This document shows, in pieces, positions 1-12,376 of a DNA stretch of 39,019 bases. Both the position numbers and the translations under genes were made by a program. Below the pieces are notes generated by a model. That model saw only the letters and a program-made list of their open reading frames with translations, searched no databases and had not been told where the DNA came from. Numbering within the stretch: the stretch's first letter is position 1; each line of letters opens with the position of its first letter. Origin of the DNA: Octopus bimaculoides (lineage: Eukaryota); assembly GCF_001194135.2 (NCBI RefSeq), contig NC_069000.1, positions 30,086,485 to 30,125,503 of the forward strand, given 5' to 3'.

Positions 1-47
<47 letters not shown>

Positions 48-122
48 TGGATTATAGAATTGTTAGAGCATCAGAAATAATGTTTTGCAGTATTTGTTTC
101 AGCTCTTTAGGTTCTGAAGAGA

Positions 123-325
123 TGAACCAGCAATGAAGCATATGTGTTTGCTAGAGATGGTAGAAACAACAACCAAATCTCTCTTAAGCAATTTCCCACT
201 GTCTTAAATATGGAAGTGCACTCGAATAATATCGTCTTAGATGCATTGTCTTAAAAAAATATGGTAGGGTCATGACTGGAATACCATTGATCAGTGTCAG
301 GTTTAGACTTGGTGAGCCATAAACT
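123..325 (+). repeat. Dispersed repeat (family E); related copies at about 10405-10720, 23330-23400, 23830-24040 and 38660-38740
   Basis: Recurrent GGTCATG(A/G)CTGGAA..CTTT..GATC..CTGACC..AAACAACAAC motif; class not determined. Confidence 0.55.
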
Positions 326-592
326 ATTTAGAGCATACAAACCTTTGTTAAAAAATTTTCCAAAATGTCCTCCCAAAAATTGTTTATTCTTTTAAATCAA
401 TTTAAGATCTCTGTGGATTGTGAAGCCCTAAACTCTAGCTTGTTTAGCTTATGCCTAAATCTGGCACTACCTTTGATTATAGATCTCATATAGGGCTCAC
501 CTGGTGTTAACAACATGCTCTGTCTGTCTGTCTGTCTGTCTCACTCTCTCATTCACTCTGAAATGTCCTAATGGCAAAGGTCAGGAACTTAC

Positions 593-787
593 ATGTAAGA
601 CTTCCAATTGACTATTTGTAGCTAAACCTTTGGCGAACATCTTGATACCGTCAGCTGTGATGTTGTTTGTTCTCATATCAAATATCTTCAAGGCATTGTT
701 GGCACCAATACCGGTTTTCAGGTGGTTGCAGCCCTCGTTCCCAATGTTGTTGAAGGCAATATTGAAATATTCCAGACTTGAGTTTTT
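593..787 (-). CDS. LRRC74: Internal exon (195 nt, phase 0/0) of LRRC74-like LRR gene: KNSSLEYFNIAFNNIGNEGCNHLKTGIGANNALKIFDMRTNNITADGIKMFAKGLATNSQLEVLH
   Basis: Minus strand: acceptor ttggcattttcag|AAAAAC, donor CAT|gtaagt; open frame; over two 28-aa RI-type LRRs. Family assignment is from recalled similarity to LRRC74A/B, not from a search. Confidence 0.9.
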
Positions 788-1354
788 CTGAAAATGCCAA
801 GTGAATGCATGTTATTGTAAATTCTGATTAAAAAAGGAAAGGTTGTAATGATTTTTATGGCTGTTATCTTATTTGCAGACTCATCTGTATCCACTGACTT
901 TCTGAGTATTTATCTAGAAAATCAAAGGAGTAGTTAACAAACTAATGGTGTTTTATCCTCTCTTTCAACTTCCAGTAATGAAAGCCCATCTTCCAAAGCT
1001 CAAGGGTACTGCACTTTCTCATTTAACGTAAGCCCTTACCTAAATGAGATTATGATTTTTTAATCTCCTTACACCCTCATTAATACCTGTAAAGCTAATC
1101 CATGTGAGTTTTGATTCCAGTGAAGACACTTTTATGAATATAGAGAATGGAATAGCATTGAGATTATATTACATGAAACAGTATACAGATTATAATCTTT
1201 TACATATATTACACTGTCTGTCTAAACTTAAATCATCTTGCAGTGTGAAGTTAACGAGATGGTAAACTCAGAAACTGAATGACCATAATCTCAAATCTCA
1301 GGTCTACCATGCTTGCCACACACTCTCACAATTAGATGTTGACACCTTTCTTAA

Positions 1355-1389
<35 letters not shown>

Positions 1390-1619
1390 AGGTCACTTTT
1401 GAGTACTACTGGTAACATGTAACCCAGTACAATCTGTTGCATGGTTAGGTTGTCAGCGACTAAACTGGCAACCCCACCAAGCTTCCTTAGTGAGGAGGGT
1501 GATTGCTGGACACCCTGCGGGATGAGAAATAAAACCTGTGAAAGGGTAGAGGAATTCCTGCGTAGCCAACAGCCATCCAACAATGTGTACATATGTATAC
1601 ATCACCTGGATCCCCTGGA

Positions 1620-2585
1620 TCTGAGTTGGCTCTGCTGGCCATAGCATTTGCTTCATTTTTCTCATGCTTTTGCCATTCTCTTCAATGTTGTTCCAAACAT
1701 CTTTCTTAAATCATCTTTCCACCTGACTGGAGGTCTTCTGAGTGGTCTCTTCCATTCGCATAGGTACCACTCGACAACTGCACAGGTCTACCAATTGTCT
1801 GTGAACCTTGTGACATGACTGGCCCATTGTAGCTTTGTGTGGTGGTATTCTGTGATGACATCCTTCATTCTGGTTCTATTCCTGATCTCCTTGTTCCGGA
1901 TGTGATCTCTTAATGAGATTCCCAGCATCGACCTTTCCATGGCTCTCTGCATTACAAACAGATGCTGTTCTTCTCTCTTTGTCAAGGCCCAAGTCTTTCA
2001 TGCATATAGCAGTGCAGGCAAGACTGTGCTGTTGAAGGGATTGATGCAAGTTGCCCTGTTTAGGTTTGCCTTCAGCAGATCCTTCACTGAGTTGAAAGCT
2101 CTCCACCCTGCTCTTACCCTTTGTGAGATCTCATTATCCATCTCTTGCCTCTTAGTAACTTCTTGACCAAGATACACATAGCTGCTCACTTCTTCTATTT
2201 CATCACCCTCAGACTGTACGTACTTGGTTTTTGTACAGTTGATCTTCAGGCTGATCGCTGAACCCCTAAAATCCAGTTCGTCTAGCATGGACTGCAGCTG
2301 ATGGATGCTCTCTGCTATCAGCACTATGTCATCAGCAAATCTTAGATGGGTGAGCAGCTCTCCGTTTATCCTTATGCTTCCATTCCAGTTCATGTCTTGT
2401 ATGACCATCTCGGGACACACTGTGAAAAGCTTAGGTGAGATAGTATCTCCTTGCTTGGCATCCTTCTCCACTGGAACATTCACTGGTGAGGATAACAAGG
2501 CCACATTTGCCTTCCTAAAGAGAGTGACATACTGCATCGTCACACCTTGTTTCTTGAGAGCTTACAGTATTGCATTGATTTCAAC
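1620..2585 (-). mobile_element. 5'-truncated RTE-clade LINE (RT C-terminal half and 3' end), decayed
   Basis: Translation contains KQGDTISPKLF, HLRFADDIVLIA, YVYLGQ, RVRAGWRAF, QRAMERSMLGISLRDHIRN, WASHVTR and RPPVRWKDDL; in-frame stops. Confidence 0.92.
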
Positions 2586-2810
2586 CTGTCTTCAACAGTG
2601 TTGAAATCAATGCAGTTGAAATCAACATATATATATATATATATATATATTATACGTTATATATTTCATATTTATTTATATTTCGAAATTTTATGATACT
2701 TTTTATACTTTTTATATTCTTATATGTATATATATATGGTTTTAATTTATTTTTCATTCCCTTTTATATATTTTTTAATGTTTTATATTCTTTGTATATG
2801 TATGTTTATT

Positions 2811-3761
2811 NNNNNNNNNNNNNNNNNNNNNNNNNNNNNNNNNNNNNNNNNNNNNNNNNNNNNNNNNNNNNNNNNNNNNNNNNNNNNNNNNNNNNNNNNN
2901 NNNNNNNNNNNNNNNNNNNNNNNNNNNNNNNNNNNNNNNNNNNNNNNNNNNNNNNNNNNNNNNNNNNNNNNNNNNNNNNNNNNNNNNNNNNNNNNNNNNN
3001 NNNNNNNNNNNNNNNNNNNNNNNNNNNNNNNNNNNNNNNNNNNNNNNNNNNNNNNNNNNNNNNNNNNNNNNNNNNNNNNNNNNNNNNNNNNNNNNNNNNN
3101 NNNNNNNNNNNNNNNNNNNNNNNNNNNNNNNNNNNNNNNNNNNNNNNNNNNNNNNNNNNNNNNNNNNNNNNNNNNNNNNNNNNNNNNNNNNNNNNNNNNN
3201 NNNNNNNNNNNNNNNNNNNNNNNNNNNNNNNNNNNNNNNNNNNNNNNNNNNNNNNNNNNNNNNNNNNNNNNNNNNNNNNNNNNNNNNNNNNNNNNNNNNN
3301 NNNNNNNNNNNNNNNNNNNNNNNNNNNNNNNNNNNNNNNNNNNNNNNNNNNNNNNNNNNNNNNNNNNNNNNNNNNNNNNNNNNNNNNNNNNNNNNNNNNN
3401 NNNNNNNNNNNNNNNNNNNNNNNNNNNNNNNNNNNNNNNNNNNNNNNNNNNNNNNNNNNNNNNNNNNNNNNNNNNNNNNNNNNNNNNNNNNNNNNNNNNN
3501 NNNNNNNNNNNNNNNNNNNNNNNNNNNNNNNNNNNNNNNNNNNNNNNNNNNNNNNNNNNNNNNNNNNNNNNNNNNNNNNNNNNNNNNNNNNNNNNNNNNN
3601 NNNNNNNNNNNNNNNNNNNNNNNNNNNNNNNNNNNNNNNNNNNNNNNNNNNNNNNNNNNNNNNNNNNNNNNNNNNNNNNNNNNNNNNNNNNNNNNNNNNN
3701 NNNNNNNNNNNNNNNNNNNNNNNNNNNNNNNNNNNNNNNNNNNNNNNNNNNNNNNNNNNNN
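2811..3761. other. Assembly gap (N run); others at 12382-12447, 15865-16138, 16978-17654 and 20425-20453
   Basis: Runs of N in the sequence. Confidence 0.99.
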
Positions 3762-3993
3762 GATAGTAGTAGTAATGGTGAGAGGCGAAGGACGAGTAAC
3801 AAGAGATAGAGAGAGAGAGAGAGAGAGAAGTAGTGACAGGTAGAGGCGAAGAACAGTAGAGGGAAGAACGAGAGGGGGAGATAGAAATAGAGAGAGTCGC
3901 GTTAGAAAAATAGTTAAAAACTTACTGTATAAAGGTAACGCGTGCGTTCTGTCTATACCTCACAGTGTCATGTTTACCAATATCTCCACTTAC

Positions 3994-4079
3994 CTGCAGT
4001 CCTCTACTTATGAATTTTGCTCCCTTCTTGCCGAGCATGTTCCAGCTAATGTCCAGACTTGTTATATAAGAATTCTTTT
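3994..4079 (-). CDS. LRRC74: Internal exon (86 nt, phase 1/0): (E)KNSYITSLDISWNMLGKKGAKFISRGLQ
   Basis: Acceptor ttcttgaatatttcag|AAAAG, donor CAG|gtaagt; LRR motif LDISWN; phases match both neighbouring exons. Confidence 0.9.
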
Positions 4080-4329
4080 CTGAAATATTCAAGAAATGGA
4101 TGACGATGAAACTGAACATTATGGATAGTAGGGGTTTGGGGTGTGGACAGCTTTGGAAGCAGATATAGGGGTACATAAATAAGACAAATGCACTGGCACA
4201 TAAACGCAGCTGCAATAGATACTGAATGGGATACACTCACATACACATACATGCGCACAAATACGCACATATATGCATCCTTCACATTATCATTTTGCAA
4301 ATATTTTTTGATGTTGGTGAGCCTTGGAC

Positions 4330-5160
4330 AAAAGTACAAAAGAGATCAGTAATCACATTTTTGGACTGAACTTCAAACCAACATCCTCAGTCAGCCATCT
4401 TGAATTAGCAGAAGACAAAGATTTTGCCAACAAAAATAAGGATGATGATGATGAGGAGGAGGAGGAGGTGGATGAGGATGAGGATGATGATGATGATGAT
4501 GAATCCTTAGTTTGGAACAAATGGAATTTCATATCCCCAGTGGAAGAAATATGCATTTTAACAACCATACTAGCAGTTTTGAATTTCTTTCTGACTTCTA
4601 AAATTGCAAAACAAAATTTAACTAAATGTGAATAGTTGGCCTTAAGAAAGCAATGGGAAGATTGGACAATTATTATTAAGCAGGCAGATAAAGGAGTAGC
4701 GATTGTGAAATTGAGTGTGGAGTTCTACAAGAGTCTCACAGAACAACAATTAAACAATCATATATTTTATTCTGAAATTCTGTGCACCATAAATCATCTT
4801 TAATATGGCAGCAAGAATCTGTTATGAAACATTCATTTGCATCAACAGATTAAAATTCCACTGTTTGATGGGAGTTTTAAAAAGAAAATAAGCAACTTTA
4901 ATGATATCCTAAAATACTCAAATTAAAAATGAAGTGAGAGAACAAAACACTGAATATATCAATATAGAAACTCAACTAGATCTGAAGTTAAGACCTATAA
5001 TAGCAAGCCATCGATATCATACTCATTGTCTAAGTAATTTCATCAACATTATTTTGAAATCACTGTGTTTCTCTATACTAAGTTACATCTGTGACCACAA
5101 TTATTTTTTTGTTGCATCTTCCAACTCCTACAAATATAAATGCTCATGTTGTAAGTTTTA
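4330..5160 (+). mobile_element. Degenerate Penelope-like element, N-terminal and RT portion, with internal (GAT/GAG)n tract at about 4440-4503
   Basis: GLNFKPT; QNLTKCE*LALRKQWEDWTIIIKQADKGVAIVKL...QQLNN..FY; LRPIIAS....THCLSNFINIILKSLCFSILSYICD. These match Penelope-type NLT...IKPADKG and RPI...SYIKD motifs. Stops and frameshifts present. Confidence 0.8.
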
Positions 5161-5931
5161 ATGTAATTAGCCATTACAGAAACATATCTCATGATTTAGG
5201 TCTCACTGCTGTAAGATACTGAATGTAAGAACACAGAAAAGCAAATTCTAACAGATTTTTACTTGAGTTTATTCATTTATTCTAGAAAAACACTGACATG
5301 GGGCTATACAATGAAAACAATAATCCATTCAACATTGAAAGTCACTTATACTCACACACGCAAGCCTGGGTCTCTGCTGCCCACACATGATCCTCTTCTA
5401 CATTGAAAGTCTCACACATGCATTTATGTCTCACCCTACATGGAAACTTGCTCAAGTGCAGCTGTATATATACAAGTATAACCCACTCTACATTGAAAGT
5501 AACTCAGATCCATGCCCAGAAGCAAAGTCAAACACACACACAGACACACACACGCACACACACACAAATATTTACAACACACAAACACATGTTCACACGT
5601 GCTCACACACACACATTCACTCATACACATACATGTTTGCATGCACAAGCACACTCACACACACACTCATCTATGACCCACACTTCATGGACAGCCAAAC
5701 TCACATGCTTACAAGGGAAGTCACTGTACATAGGAAGTCACAAATATCAACACATTAAAGCATCTATATACACTCACTCACACTCACTCTCACATCTATA
5801 TACACTCACACATCTATATATACACACTCACACATCTTTGTCACACTGTGCTTAGAAAGTCATATTCATGTACTCATGCACAGCCTCACACACATACACC
5901 TGCACTCAGTCACAAACACATACCACATTAC

Positions 5932-6013
5932 CTATCAAAGTTCCCACATGTTCTGCACAGTTTTCTGTGAAATGGTTATGACTGAGGTTAATCATGATTA
6001 TATAGCCGCTATC
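5932..6013 (-). CDS. LRRC74: Internal exon (82 nt, phase 0/1): DSGYIIMINLSHNHFTENCAEHVGTLI
   Basis: Acceptor ctcttttacag|GAT, donor ATAG|gtaatg; LRR motif NLSHNHF; phases match. Too short to appear in the ORF track. Confidence 0.88.
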
Positions 6014-7653
6014 CTGTAAAAGAGTAATTGGGAAAAATTCTCACTTTAATATTATTAATAGAAAATTATGAATGTTGTATAGTGGTAAAGCAGAGAGATA
6101 GATTATGACTGTCATAAAAAATGAGTTTATATAACACAGAGGCAATGGAGATTTGTGAATTTTCTATAGAAGTTAATGTTTAGTCCTGACTGAATAAATC
6201 TATGATCAACACATGTCTAACTATTTAGTGGTAAGCTGGCAGAATTGTTAACATGCCAGACAAAATGCTTAGTGGCATTTCATCCATCTTTATTTTCTGA
6301 TTTCAAATTCTGCTGAGGTTGACTTTGCCTTTTGAGGGCTTTGTTGTCCAATGTGTACTAACAGGTTGAGTGACAGTATAAGGGTTACTTTGTTGGCTCA
6401 TATTATATAGAAATAGCGGAGTGTTGTAACTGTAGTTATATAACAGTTCTCTTGTGATAGAGAGTTGTGGAGATTTCTACCTGCTGGAGTTGGAGATTAT
6501 TTGTACCTCACAGATCTCTTGCTCATCTCCTCTTCATATGATCTCCAAGAATGATTACCTTTGTTCTATAACAGTTATTGACAGATGCCCAATCCCACAC
6601 TTCCATATCTTTTCTTCTACTCTGGAATATTCTCAAATTTTCTGGAAGATTGATAGAGAGCCTCCAGTCAGATTTGTATCAAGCTCTAAAGTATTATTGA
6701 GAGAGTTGTTGCTATGTTCTTTAAGTTGTACAAATTTATTTGTATGTCTTTTAGTCATTGTAACATTACACAGGCTTACTAACTCTTCATAGATATCCCA
6801 TTTTGACACAAAGCCAGCAAGTTTGGGGAAGGGGTAAGTCAATTACATTGACCCTGTGCTAAACTATACCAGAATAATAAACATGTGCCAATATGGTCAT
6901 CTATCCATGGAAGCACACATTGTGCACTTATAGCTTCTGTAGACCATAGATTTTGGTAGAATGGAGCATGAACTTCATTCAGATATAGTCTAAGATGTTT
7001 AAATGAGCAATATGTTAAGGCAGGTTTAGAATGCTGCTGTCCAAGGTCAAGCAGACTATGGATCAAATGTATTCCAGTCTTAACCTTTTTGTCATTCTAG
7101 AAAGAATATTGAGTAAATTTTTCAAATTTAGATAAGTTTATGGCACGGAGACATGAATGTGAATGTTTTGAACAAAGACTTTCTTCTGTCAGTGTTAGCT
7201 CTCATTTTTGCTAGTTGACTAGAATGAACTAACAATTGTTTAAAATAGTCTTTAATAATCCTTTCTGTATTAAATCTTACCTACTTAAGCATGTGCACAG
7301 GTTAAGGGATTAATTGTTATTTCACAAGTAATGTCTATAAAAGAGGAATCTAAAATCGCAAAATATTTTATCTGATGTTCTAATGATTCTACCAACCTAT
7401 CAACTGTAATTAACATTATATTTACTGATGGTTAATATTGTTTTTCTCCATGTCATATAATTATTTGCTGTTAGTATTTTAATGTCTTTTTTATTACATA
7501 AAAACCTCTTTAGTTTGTTGTCGTACAGTTTCAATAGCACAATGTATGTTAGAAGTGACAGAGATGATTAGTGATGCCAGGTAGAGGTGAAAGTTTTGTA
7601 AGACCACAATACCAAAAGGAATATTCTAGAATAGTACAATAGTTAATACTCAC

Positions 7654-7703
7654 CTGTAGAGCAGTAACTAATAATTTCATACATCTATCATCAAGTAGAT
7701 TAT
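7654..7703 (-). CDS. LRRC74: Internal exon (50 nt, phase 1/0): (N)NLLDDRCMKLLVTALQ
   Basis: Acceptor gttcacctttttcag|ATAAT, donor CAG|gtgagt; restores exact 28-aa LRR spacing between the 10737-10830 and 5932-6013 exons. Confidence 0.85.
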
Positions 7704-8979
7704 CTGAAAAAGGTGAACAGAACTACATGGTTAATTCATTAATTGCTGTGTCTTCACTGCTGTCTGTCAACTGCAAGTCATCATCATCATCATCATCATC
7801 TTCATTTAATGTCCGTTTTCCCTGCTGGCATGGGTTGGACGGTTTGAGAGGAGTTGGCAAGCCAGAAGACTGCCCCAGGATTCACTGTCTGTTATGGCAG
7901 GTTTTATGGCTGGATGCCCTTTCTAACATCAGCCACCTTACAGAGTGGACTGAGTAGTACTTTTTACAAGACACCTTCACTGGGAAGGTCTGTTTTGGCA
8001 TAGGTTTTATGGCTGGATGTCCTTGCTAATGCCATCTATTTTATGTTGCATTAGATAACTCCACTATTATCACTAAAGCATTACCTTGTATGGTATTTAA
8101 TGATAAGTTAGTTGTTGTTAAGTGATGTAACAAGCTAATGAAACTTTACAGAGACGAAGAATTCAACTGATTAATCAACACCTCTATTACAAATTATTCA
8201 ATTACAATTCCCACTGCAACCAGAATCTTGTCTTCACTATTGTACTCAAGCTCATTTCCAATTCCTTACTTCAGGTCACAGACACTCATCTCATTGTTCA
8301 AAGTTCATAAATGTCTACCACCAGCATGAGCAACCTTTTATAAGAAGCAAGCTGCATGAAACATAGTTTTTCATCAGGCAGTTTGCACTACTAAATAAAA
8401 ATTCAAAGAAATTTTTTTGTCATGTGTATCATTCAGAATGTCTCATGGGCTACAGTTTTCCCATCTACCATCCACTTCTTCCTCCCCTGAATCGATGAGC
8501 CAAACAATCCTGTTTGCCCCATTGTCTTCATTTGCAAATACCTCACTCGGCTCATTTCCAGTCACTTGATAAATTGATGTCCCCTTTGGTTACTGCCCTC
8601 CTGTCTCATATCAATTGTTGCTGATGAAAACCATCATCAGTTTCCACATTTTATCCCTACCAAATTACCAACATTTCCCTTTGAAGATTAATATTGATTG
8701 AAATCAATTAAAGGAAGCCATTGAATTTCAAGAAGTACCATGAATGATGCAACCTCCTACCCTTATATTTAATCCTGCCTCCTTGTGTAATATATTAGAA
8801 GAGATTATTGTAAAAGAAAGTGACGTTCACAGTCAGATATTAATCTAAAACAGGTTGACATAGACTACCTATAAGTGTATCAGATGATGTTGACCCAAAA
8901 CATCTAATAAATCTATCCTTGTTTATCACAGGGATTTGGTTCCAAACGAACTTGGTCTACTGGGTCAAAGTTAACTTGG

Positions 8980-9020
<41 letters not shown>

Positions 9021-9042
9021 TACTACCAGCACCAGCACCAGC

Positions 9043-9112
<70 letters not shown>

Positions 9113-9113
9113 A
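8980..9113. repeat. Compound trinucleotide microsatellite (CTA)n-(CAG/CAC)n-(CTA)n
   Basis: Direct reading. Similar compound tracts at 17655-17760 (CAC/CAT), 18540-18660 (ATT/GTT), 20720-20890 (CAT/CGT) and 13607-13653 (AAT). Confidence 0.95.
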
Positions 9114-9493
9114 GCTAATTTATAGGATTTGGGTCTCTTAGCTATTAATGTAAAGCATCAACTATTTAATGTGTAATCAGGGCTGACATGGGACTTAACA
9201 ACAATAAAAAGTGTTCATTATATAATCGTTAAAGCTTGTAGAGTAATGATGGTTATCCTAAAATACTCAACAAAGATAATGAATACAGTAACAAAGTTGA
9301 CCAGTGCTCATGTATATGTGTGTGAGTGAATATGTATATATAGTGACTATTTTTATGTAATTTTGGTAAATATATCTGTTAAAATGAGATGTCAGTGTTA
9401 TTTTCATTTTTGAGTAAATTAGACGACAATTTATTCGCTGCACCCAGTATCTCTCTCTCTCTCTCTATCTATCTATCTATAGATGTAGATATG

Positions 9494-9568
<75 letters not shown>

Positions 9569-9828
9569 GTCTGTCTGTCTATCTCCATCTATATATATTT
9601 GTTCTTCTTTTACTTGTGTCAGTCATTGGGCAGTGGCCGCTGTGGGACCACTGCCTTCCAGGGTTTAGTCAAACAAAGTGATCTCAGTACTGATTTTTCT
9701 TCTCCTTTTGCTCTCTTTTGCGAAACCACTTAGTAATGCGGGGACATAAGTGAACCAACACCAGTTATCAAACTGTGGTGAAGGACAAACACAAACACAT
9801 GCATACACACACACACACACAGACATAC

Positions 9829-9862
<34 letters not shown>

Positions 9863-10175
9863 TCACACACACACACCTTTAGGCATGATTCTGAAGAATT
9901 GATGTCTATGACACTTTGTGCATCAAATGCTGTATATATTATTGCATAATAATATAGTGATGCTCATGAGATCACTTTTTGATGAAACAATTGTAAATCA
10001 ACGTAAAAAAAGGACTTTCTCACTCCATTCTCCTAGGTTATATTTGTAGAAACTCTGGATATTTGTGGATTTCCAGGAGTGTTTCATATAATAGGCAATC
10101 TCTGGATTACCATTGCACTGATAGTCTGGACCTGTGGATGAGCTTGATAGGATAAATTACAGCGCATGCACGCGT

Positions 10176-10231
<56 letters not shown>

Positions 10232-10736
10232 TAGTTTTCATGATGACTGTTCTGGATTGCCATTGATCATAGTATTAATTATATTTTCTCATACAGACTT
10301 GACCGTGTACAGCTGACTAGCGACTGTTCAAATAATACCATCATCAACAACAACAATGGTGGCAACAACAACAATGACGATGATGACAAAAACAATAACA
10401 ACAAGAGTGGTTGCTTACCCTGCAAGAAATAGCAACCAAATCTCCCTCTCAAATTACACTATACAGACTTGTAAAAGGAATTAATAACATTATATAAAGT
10501 TTCACTATAGAACTCTATACAGATGGAACGGTCATGGCTGGAACGCCTTTTATCATAGGTGTGTTCAATCATATCTGACCTGGGGTAACCAAATAACAAC
10601 AATCAGAGCTGATCTGGAGCTCAATTACACAACAACAACAATCAGAGTTGATCTGAGGTTACACAAACACAAGAAAAACAGCATTCAGAGCTGCCCTGGG
10701 CTGACAATAACAACAAGAAAAAAAGGCACCACCTAC

Positions 10737-10830
10737 TGGAAAGATTTAGTGTGTTCAGATTAACATTTTCTTCCAACATCTCTGCCATTTTCTGCATTGC
10801 TTGAAATCCAAGATTATTGCTTGACAGGTT
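10737..10830 (-). CDS. LRRC74: Internal exon (94 nt, phase 0/1): NLSSNNLGFQAMQKMAEMLEENVNLNTLNLS
   Basis: Acceptor ttttcctcttttcag|AAC, donor TCCA|gtaggt; one complete LRR. Confidence 0.9.
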
Positions 10831-11302
10831 CTGAAAAGAGGAAAACAGCAAATACACACACACACATAAACAGGTGAGCATTTAACAAGGTCATTGGCTA
10901 ATCACAACACCAGCACCTGTTCTGGCCCTATTTTTCTGTATATCACTGCTGGGGAGATGAGTTGCTGCTCTTTCTAGCAGTCAAGCATCCATCATTGACA
11001 AGACCAAGGAAGGTCAAAATTATGTGATCTGGTGGTCTTGGTGCTAGAGATGGCAGGGGTTTGTCTCCCAAATAGCAATATAAACAAGAGTACATTTTGC
11101 GTAAATAGCCAGTATGAGAGTTTCTCTCATGGTATCTACCACAGTATAGTTTGTTTTAACAGAACATCCATATTTAAGTGGGGATAGATATTACCTCCCA
11201 CGCACAGACATGTAGTGATTGATGAAAATAATATCAGCTCTGTCCATATGCATTGTTAGACATTCTAGGACTATGATGTCTGATGAGTTTTTGCTTGTTT
11301 AA

Positions 11303-11730
11303 CACTTTAGCTTTCAGATTACTGTTGAATGTAATGCTTGCTAATTCACATTATTTTGAATTAATCATGCATTATCTTGTAAGCTTGAGATTTTGATGCT
11401 TATATTTTGAAATAACAGTGGAAGGTAAGTATGAGAGGACATGGTCAGTTTGAATATAAAATGGGTAAAATAATTTGGCGGGATATGATCAGTTTAACCC
11501 ATTAGCATTTAAACTGGCCATTTCTGGCCAAAATATTCCATCTGTTTCATGCTCAAACTGACTAGATCCAGGCTCTCACACCTACCCTACAATGTTATTC
11601 TAAAAATAAATAATCACATTGAAATCTTGAAGCTACAAGATAATGGATGCTTAATTCAAAACAATGTGAATAAATGAGCATTACCTGTGACAGAATAATC
11701 TGAAATGCTAAAGGGTTAAATGCTAAATAG
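11303..11730. mobile_element. piggyBac-type MITE (outer, older) containing a second copy of the same family at 11498-11715
   Basis: Inner TIRs CCCATTAGCATTT / AAATGCTAAAGGG with TTAA at 11494-11497 and 11716-11719; outer TTAA at 11299-11302 and 11731-11734; the two bodies align in opposite orientation. Confidence 0.85.
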
Positions 11731-11799
11731 TTAAGACAGTGAGTTTTGGCTAATATTCCTATGAGATGAAATGAGCATGTAGAGGTTATTATGATGTTG

Positions 11800-12030
11800 C
11801 ATAATGTAGTGTGGTTATAACATAGTATTCCATAGTGTAATTAAGTCTGGTATAACAAAAGTAGTATAGTGTATCATTGTGCAGTGTAGAAAAGTATAGC
11901 ATAGGGTAGCATGATTTATCACAGTGTAGTGTGGCATAACATAGTATAGTATATCAGAGTGAAGCATAGTGTAACATAGGGTAGTATTGTATATGACAGT
12001 GTAGTAAGTGAAGTATAGTGTCGTATGGAG
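11800..12030. repeat. Degenerate pentamer array (ATAGT/GTAGT-like)
   Basis: Recurrent CATAG/TATAG/TGTAG units with about 5-bp periodicity. Confidence 0.6.
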
Positions 12031-12080
12031 TCATGTATAGTTGTTTGGTGGTGGGGTGGTGTAGTTTTGTAAGATTTCTT

Positions 12081-12312
12081 ATTTCTTTATTGCCCATAAG
12101 GGGCTAAACATAGAGGGGACAAACAAGGACAGACAAACGGATTAAGTTGATTACATCGACCCCCAGCGCGTAACTGGTACTTAATTTATCAGCCCCGAAA
12201 GGATGAAAGGCAAAGTCGACCTCAGCGGAATTTGAACTCAGAATGTAGCAGCAGACGAAATACCGCTAAACATTTTGCCCAGCATGCTAACGTTTCTGCC
12301 AGCTCGCCGCCT
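12081..12312 (-). mobile_element. tRNA-derived SINE (family A), full length with 16-bp TSD
   Basis: Head GGCGGCGAGCTGGCAGAAACG (A box) and GAGTTCAAATTCC (B box); TSD TTTTGTAAGATTTCTT at 12065-12080 and 12313-12328. Confidence 0.88.
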
Positions 12313-12376
12313 TTTTGTAAGATTTCTTGTTGTAATAAACATTTTGGAATGAAGAACACTTTTTGTAAGGACTTAC

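Noticed and set aside
2693-3809. Long ORFs over N runs (also 15814-16404 and 16839-17895)
   Set aside because: They are open only because N codons are not stops.
4324-4635. Acidic poly-D/E ORF that looks like a host protein
   Set aside because: It is a GAT/GAG microsatellite inside a decayed Penelope-like ORF with stops immediately downstream.
5387-5855. His/Thr-rich ORFs here and many C/V/Y/I/H-rich ORFs elsewhere
   Set aside because: Translations of (CA)n, (TA)n and trinucleotide microsatellites.
6340-7075. Several short ORFs suggesting a decayed transposon coding region
   Set aside because: No diagnostic motif could be recognised, so it is left unassigned.
7080-7304. TTAACCT...AGGTTAA, possible piggyBac-type MITE
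   Set aside because: Only 3 bp of inverted match inside the TTAA, which is not distinguishable from chance.
8440-8590. Protein-like minus-strand frame GTSIYQVTGNEPSEVFANEDNGANRIVWLIDSGEEEVDGRWENCSP
   Set aside because: Short, flanked by stops, no splice signals and no recognisable family.
8619-8645. CTGATGA next to a small hairpin; other lone CTGATGA hits near 11280 and 20505; CTGATAA..GAAA on the minus strand near 33105-33135
   Set aside because: No correctly placed GAAA, stem III or stem I pairing, so these are not hammerheads.
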